A DNA stretch of 64,000 nucleotides from Candidatus Saccharimonadales bacterium (lineage in GTDB: Bacteria; Patescibacteriota; Saccharimonadia; Saccharimonadales; Saccharimonadaceae). Below the pieces are notes generated by a model. It did not search any database and was not told the origin of the DNA. It was given only the letters and a program-made list of their open reading frames with translations. This document shows positions 62,339 through 64,000 of the stretch, in pieces. Numbering within the stretch: position 1 is the stretch's first letter; each line of letters begins with the position of its first letter. A program made the position numbers and the translations under genes. The DNA is taken from contig JBQEKC010000002.1 of assembly GCA_052103595.1 (NCBI GenBank), positions 56,131 to 120,130 of the forward strand. Direction: 5' to 3'.

Positions 62339-63406
62339 ATGAAGATTTTGGGAATCGAGAGCAGTTGTGACGAAACAGCCGCCGCTATCGTTGAAGATGG
62401 CGAGCGTTTGCTGAGCAATGTCGTACATACACAAATTGATATCCACGCACAATACGGAGGTGTCGTGCCAGAAGTTGCCGCACGCAGCCACGTTGAAGTG
62501 GTCAATCCTGTTGTTGCAAAAGCGCTCGAACAGGCCAACCTTACTTGGGATGATATTGACGCCATTGCCGTCACCTATGCGCCGGGGCTATCTGGTTCGC
62601 TGTTAATTGGCGCGCTCACTGCTAAAACGCTGGCGTATTTGTTTGATAAGCCACTCTATGCAATTCATCATGTTGAAGCGCATGTGTATGCAAATTTTAT
62701 TACGAGGCAAGACGCCAATCTAAGCCTAAAGCTTCCTTCAAAACAGCCCACCTTCCCCCTCCTCGCCCTCATTGTCTCTGGTGGCCACACGCAACTCGTC
62801 CTTTTCCGTGATCATGGTGATTACGAACTACTCGGACATACGCAAGATGACGCTGTTGGTGAAGCCTTCGATAAAGTAGCAAAAGTTATCGGTCTCCCCT
62901 ACCCCGGCGGTCCGTCAATCGCTAAAGCCGCCTTATATGGCGATGCGCACAAATACCCGCTACCGAAAGCCAAGCTCAAAGACCCGTACAACTTTTCGTT
63001 CAGTGGCCTTAAAACAGCCGTTCTGCGCGCCGTACAGCACGAAGTAGGTGTGGACTTTACTTTTCCCTCTCACGAGCTCCCAGCACGTTTAGAAGACGTC
63101 ACACGCAATGATTTTGCCGCCAGCTTTCAACGTACTGCCATTGAAACGTTAGTGGATAAAACTAAAAAGGCCTACGACGCCTATCACCCAGCTTCCGTTG
63201 TGATTGCTGGTGGCGTCGCGGCCAACCAGGAGTTGCGCCGGCAACTACAGGAGCGCCTTCCGCTCGATATCGAATATGCGCCGATGCAACTCTGCACCGA
63301 CAACGCCGCTATGATTGCCACACTCGCCTATTTCCAGTCGCAGCAGCAACCCCCGATCAGCCCGTTCGAGCTCGATATTCAACCAAGTTTGAGTATGGTG
63401 CGTTAA
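62339..63406 (+). CDS. tsaD: tRNA N6-adenosine threonylcarbamoyltransferase
   Basis: MKILGIESSCDETAAAIV, HHVEAHVYA and GGVAANQELR. Confidence 0.95.
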   Translation: MKILGIESSCDETAAAIVEDGERLLSNVVHTQIDIHAQYGGVVPEVAARSHVEVVNPVVAKALEQANLTWDDIDAIAVTYAPGLSGSLLIGALTAKTLAYLFDKPLYAIHHVEAHVYANFITRQDANLSLKLPSKQPTFPLLALIVSGGHTQLVLFRDHGDYELLGHTQDDAVGEAFDKVAKVIGLPYPGGPSIAKAALYGDAHKYPLPKAKLKDPYNFSFSGLKTAVLRAVQHEVGVDFTFPSHELPARLEDVTRNDFAASFQRTAIETLVDKTKKAYDAYHPASVVIAGGVAANQELRRQLQERLPLDIEYAPMQLCTDNAAMIATLAYFQSQQQPPISPFELDIQPSLSMVR

Positions 63407-63424
63407 TACATTTCAAGGAGTTTT

Positions 63425-64000
63425 ATGGATATTCATTTTTTACAATCAGCCAATTGGCAAGCGTTTCAGGAAGCTTTGGGTCGCAAAGTATTCTTTCGCG
63501 AAGGTGAAGGGTGGCAATATCGCGCAATTTTAGAGCCCGGGAGCCGTTTAGCGCCACCACGTTTATACTGCCCGTACGGCCCAACCGCTACGAGTCAACG
63601 AGCACTCGCCACCGCCCTTGAATCGCTCAAAGCACTCGCAAAAAGCCTCGATGTTGCTTTTGTGCGTGTCCAGCCACTTGGCAACGAAGAAGGCACCTTT
63701 TCACATGAAAAGCTTGGACTCAAGCAGATTGAATACAGCCAGCCAAGCGATACATGGTGTATCGATCTTACGCCGGATGCCGACGATATTGTGGCGCAGA
63801 TGAAACAAAATAACCGCAGTATTTATCGTAATTATCAAAAGAAAGACCTCACCTATCGCACAAGTGTTGATACGAGTGAAATCGATCACCTTCTAACACT
63901 TCTTCATGAAACGGCAGAGCGCAATCACATTACCGCCCACAGCGATGATTATTTGCGCACACAGGCGCAAACACTTCTTCCGCTCGATGCGGCCACCTTG
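63425..64000 (+). CDS. FemAB-family peptidoglycan bridge-formation (aminoacyl)transferase-like protein (runs off the window edge)
   Basis: Not in ORF track (no stop within the window). AAGGAG upstream. Reads MDIHFLQSANWQAFQEALGRKVFF...MKQNNRSIYRNYQKKDL, resembling FemX/FemAB N-terminal halves. Confidence 0.65.
   Translation, partial: MDIHFLQSANWQAFQEALGRKVFFREGEGWQYRAILEPGSRLAPPRLYCPYGPTATSQRALATALESLKALAKSLDVAFVRVQPLGNEEGTFSHEKLGLKQIEYSQPSDTWCIDLTPDADDIVAQMKQNNRSIYRNYQKKDLTYRTSVDTSEIDHLLTLLHETAERNHITAHSDDYLRTQAQTLLPLDAATL

Overview
Gene-dense, mostly minus-strand housekeeping window read under the standard code; long ORFs are intact, so no stop-codon recoding. The content is ftsK, rnj, udg, pnp-rpsO, yaaA, truB, rpsT, holA, mutM, polA, a CPA1 antiporter, dnaG-rpoD, orn, a DEAH helicase, mscL, argS, pyrG, zwf, nrdA/nrdB, four tRNAs, a MacB-type ABC pair, pgi/pmi, groES/EL with CIRCE, a Mur ligase, tsaD and a FemAB-family gene. 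The streamlined layout, many orphan small or membrane proteins and a TrbC/VirB2-like pilin suggest a Patescibacteria/CPR (Saccharibacteria-like) genome; this is inference. No CRISPR array, rRNA, transposase or integrase was seen. The main second-look items are: (1) an RNR locus with a Chlamydia-type radical-Tyr-less R2, an R1 lacking the C-terminal redox Cys pair, and two small ORFs, one ending in an R1-tail-like CEGCQ; (2) a recurrent TGnTAnnnT extended -10 box 6-10 nt before the ATG of more than 20 genes, implying leaderless mRNAs; (3) DnaG with all four zinc ligands replaced and a family-4 UDG without its Fe-S cysteines; (4) two AT-rich islets of orphan genes (holA-mutM and groES-Mur ligase), the second holding a PD-(D/E)xK-like protein plus a small acidic partner. 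Coordinates of starts, promoters and terminators were derived by hand and need software confirmation.
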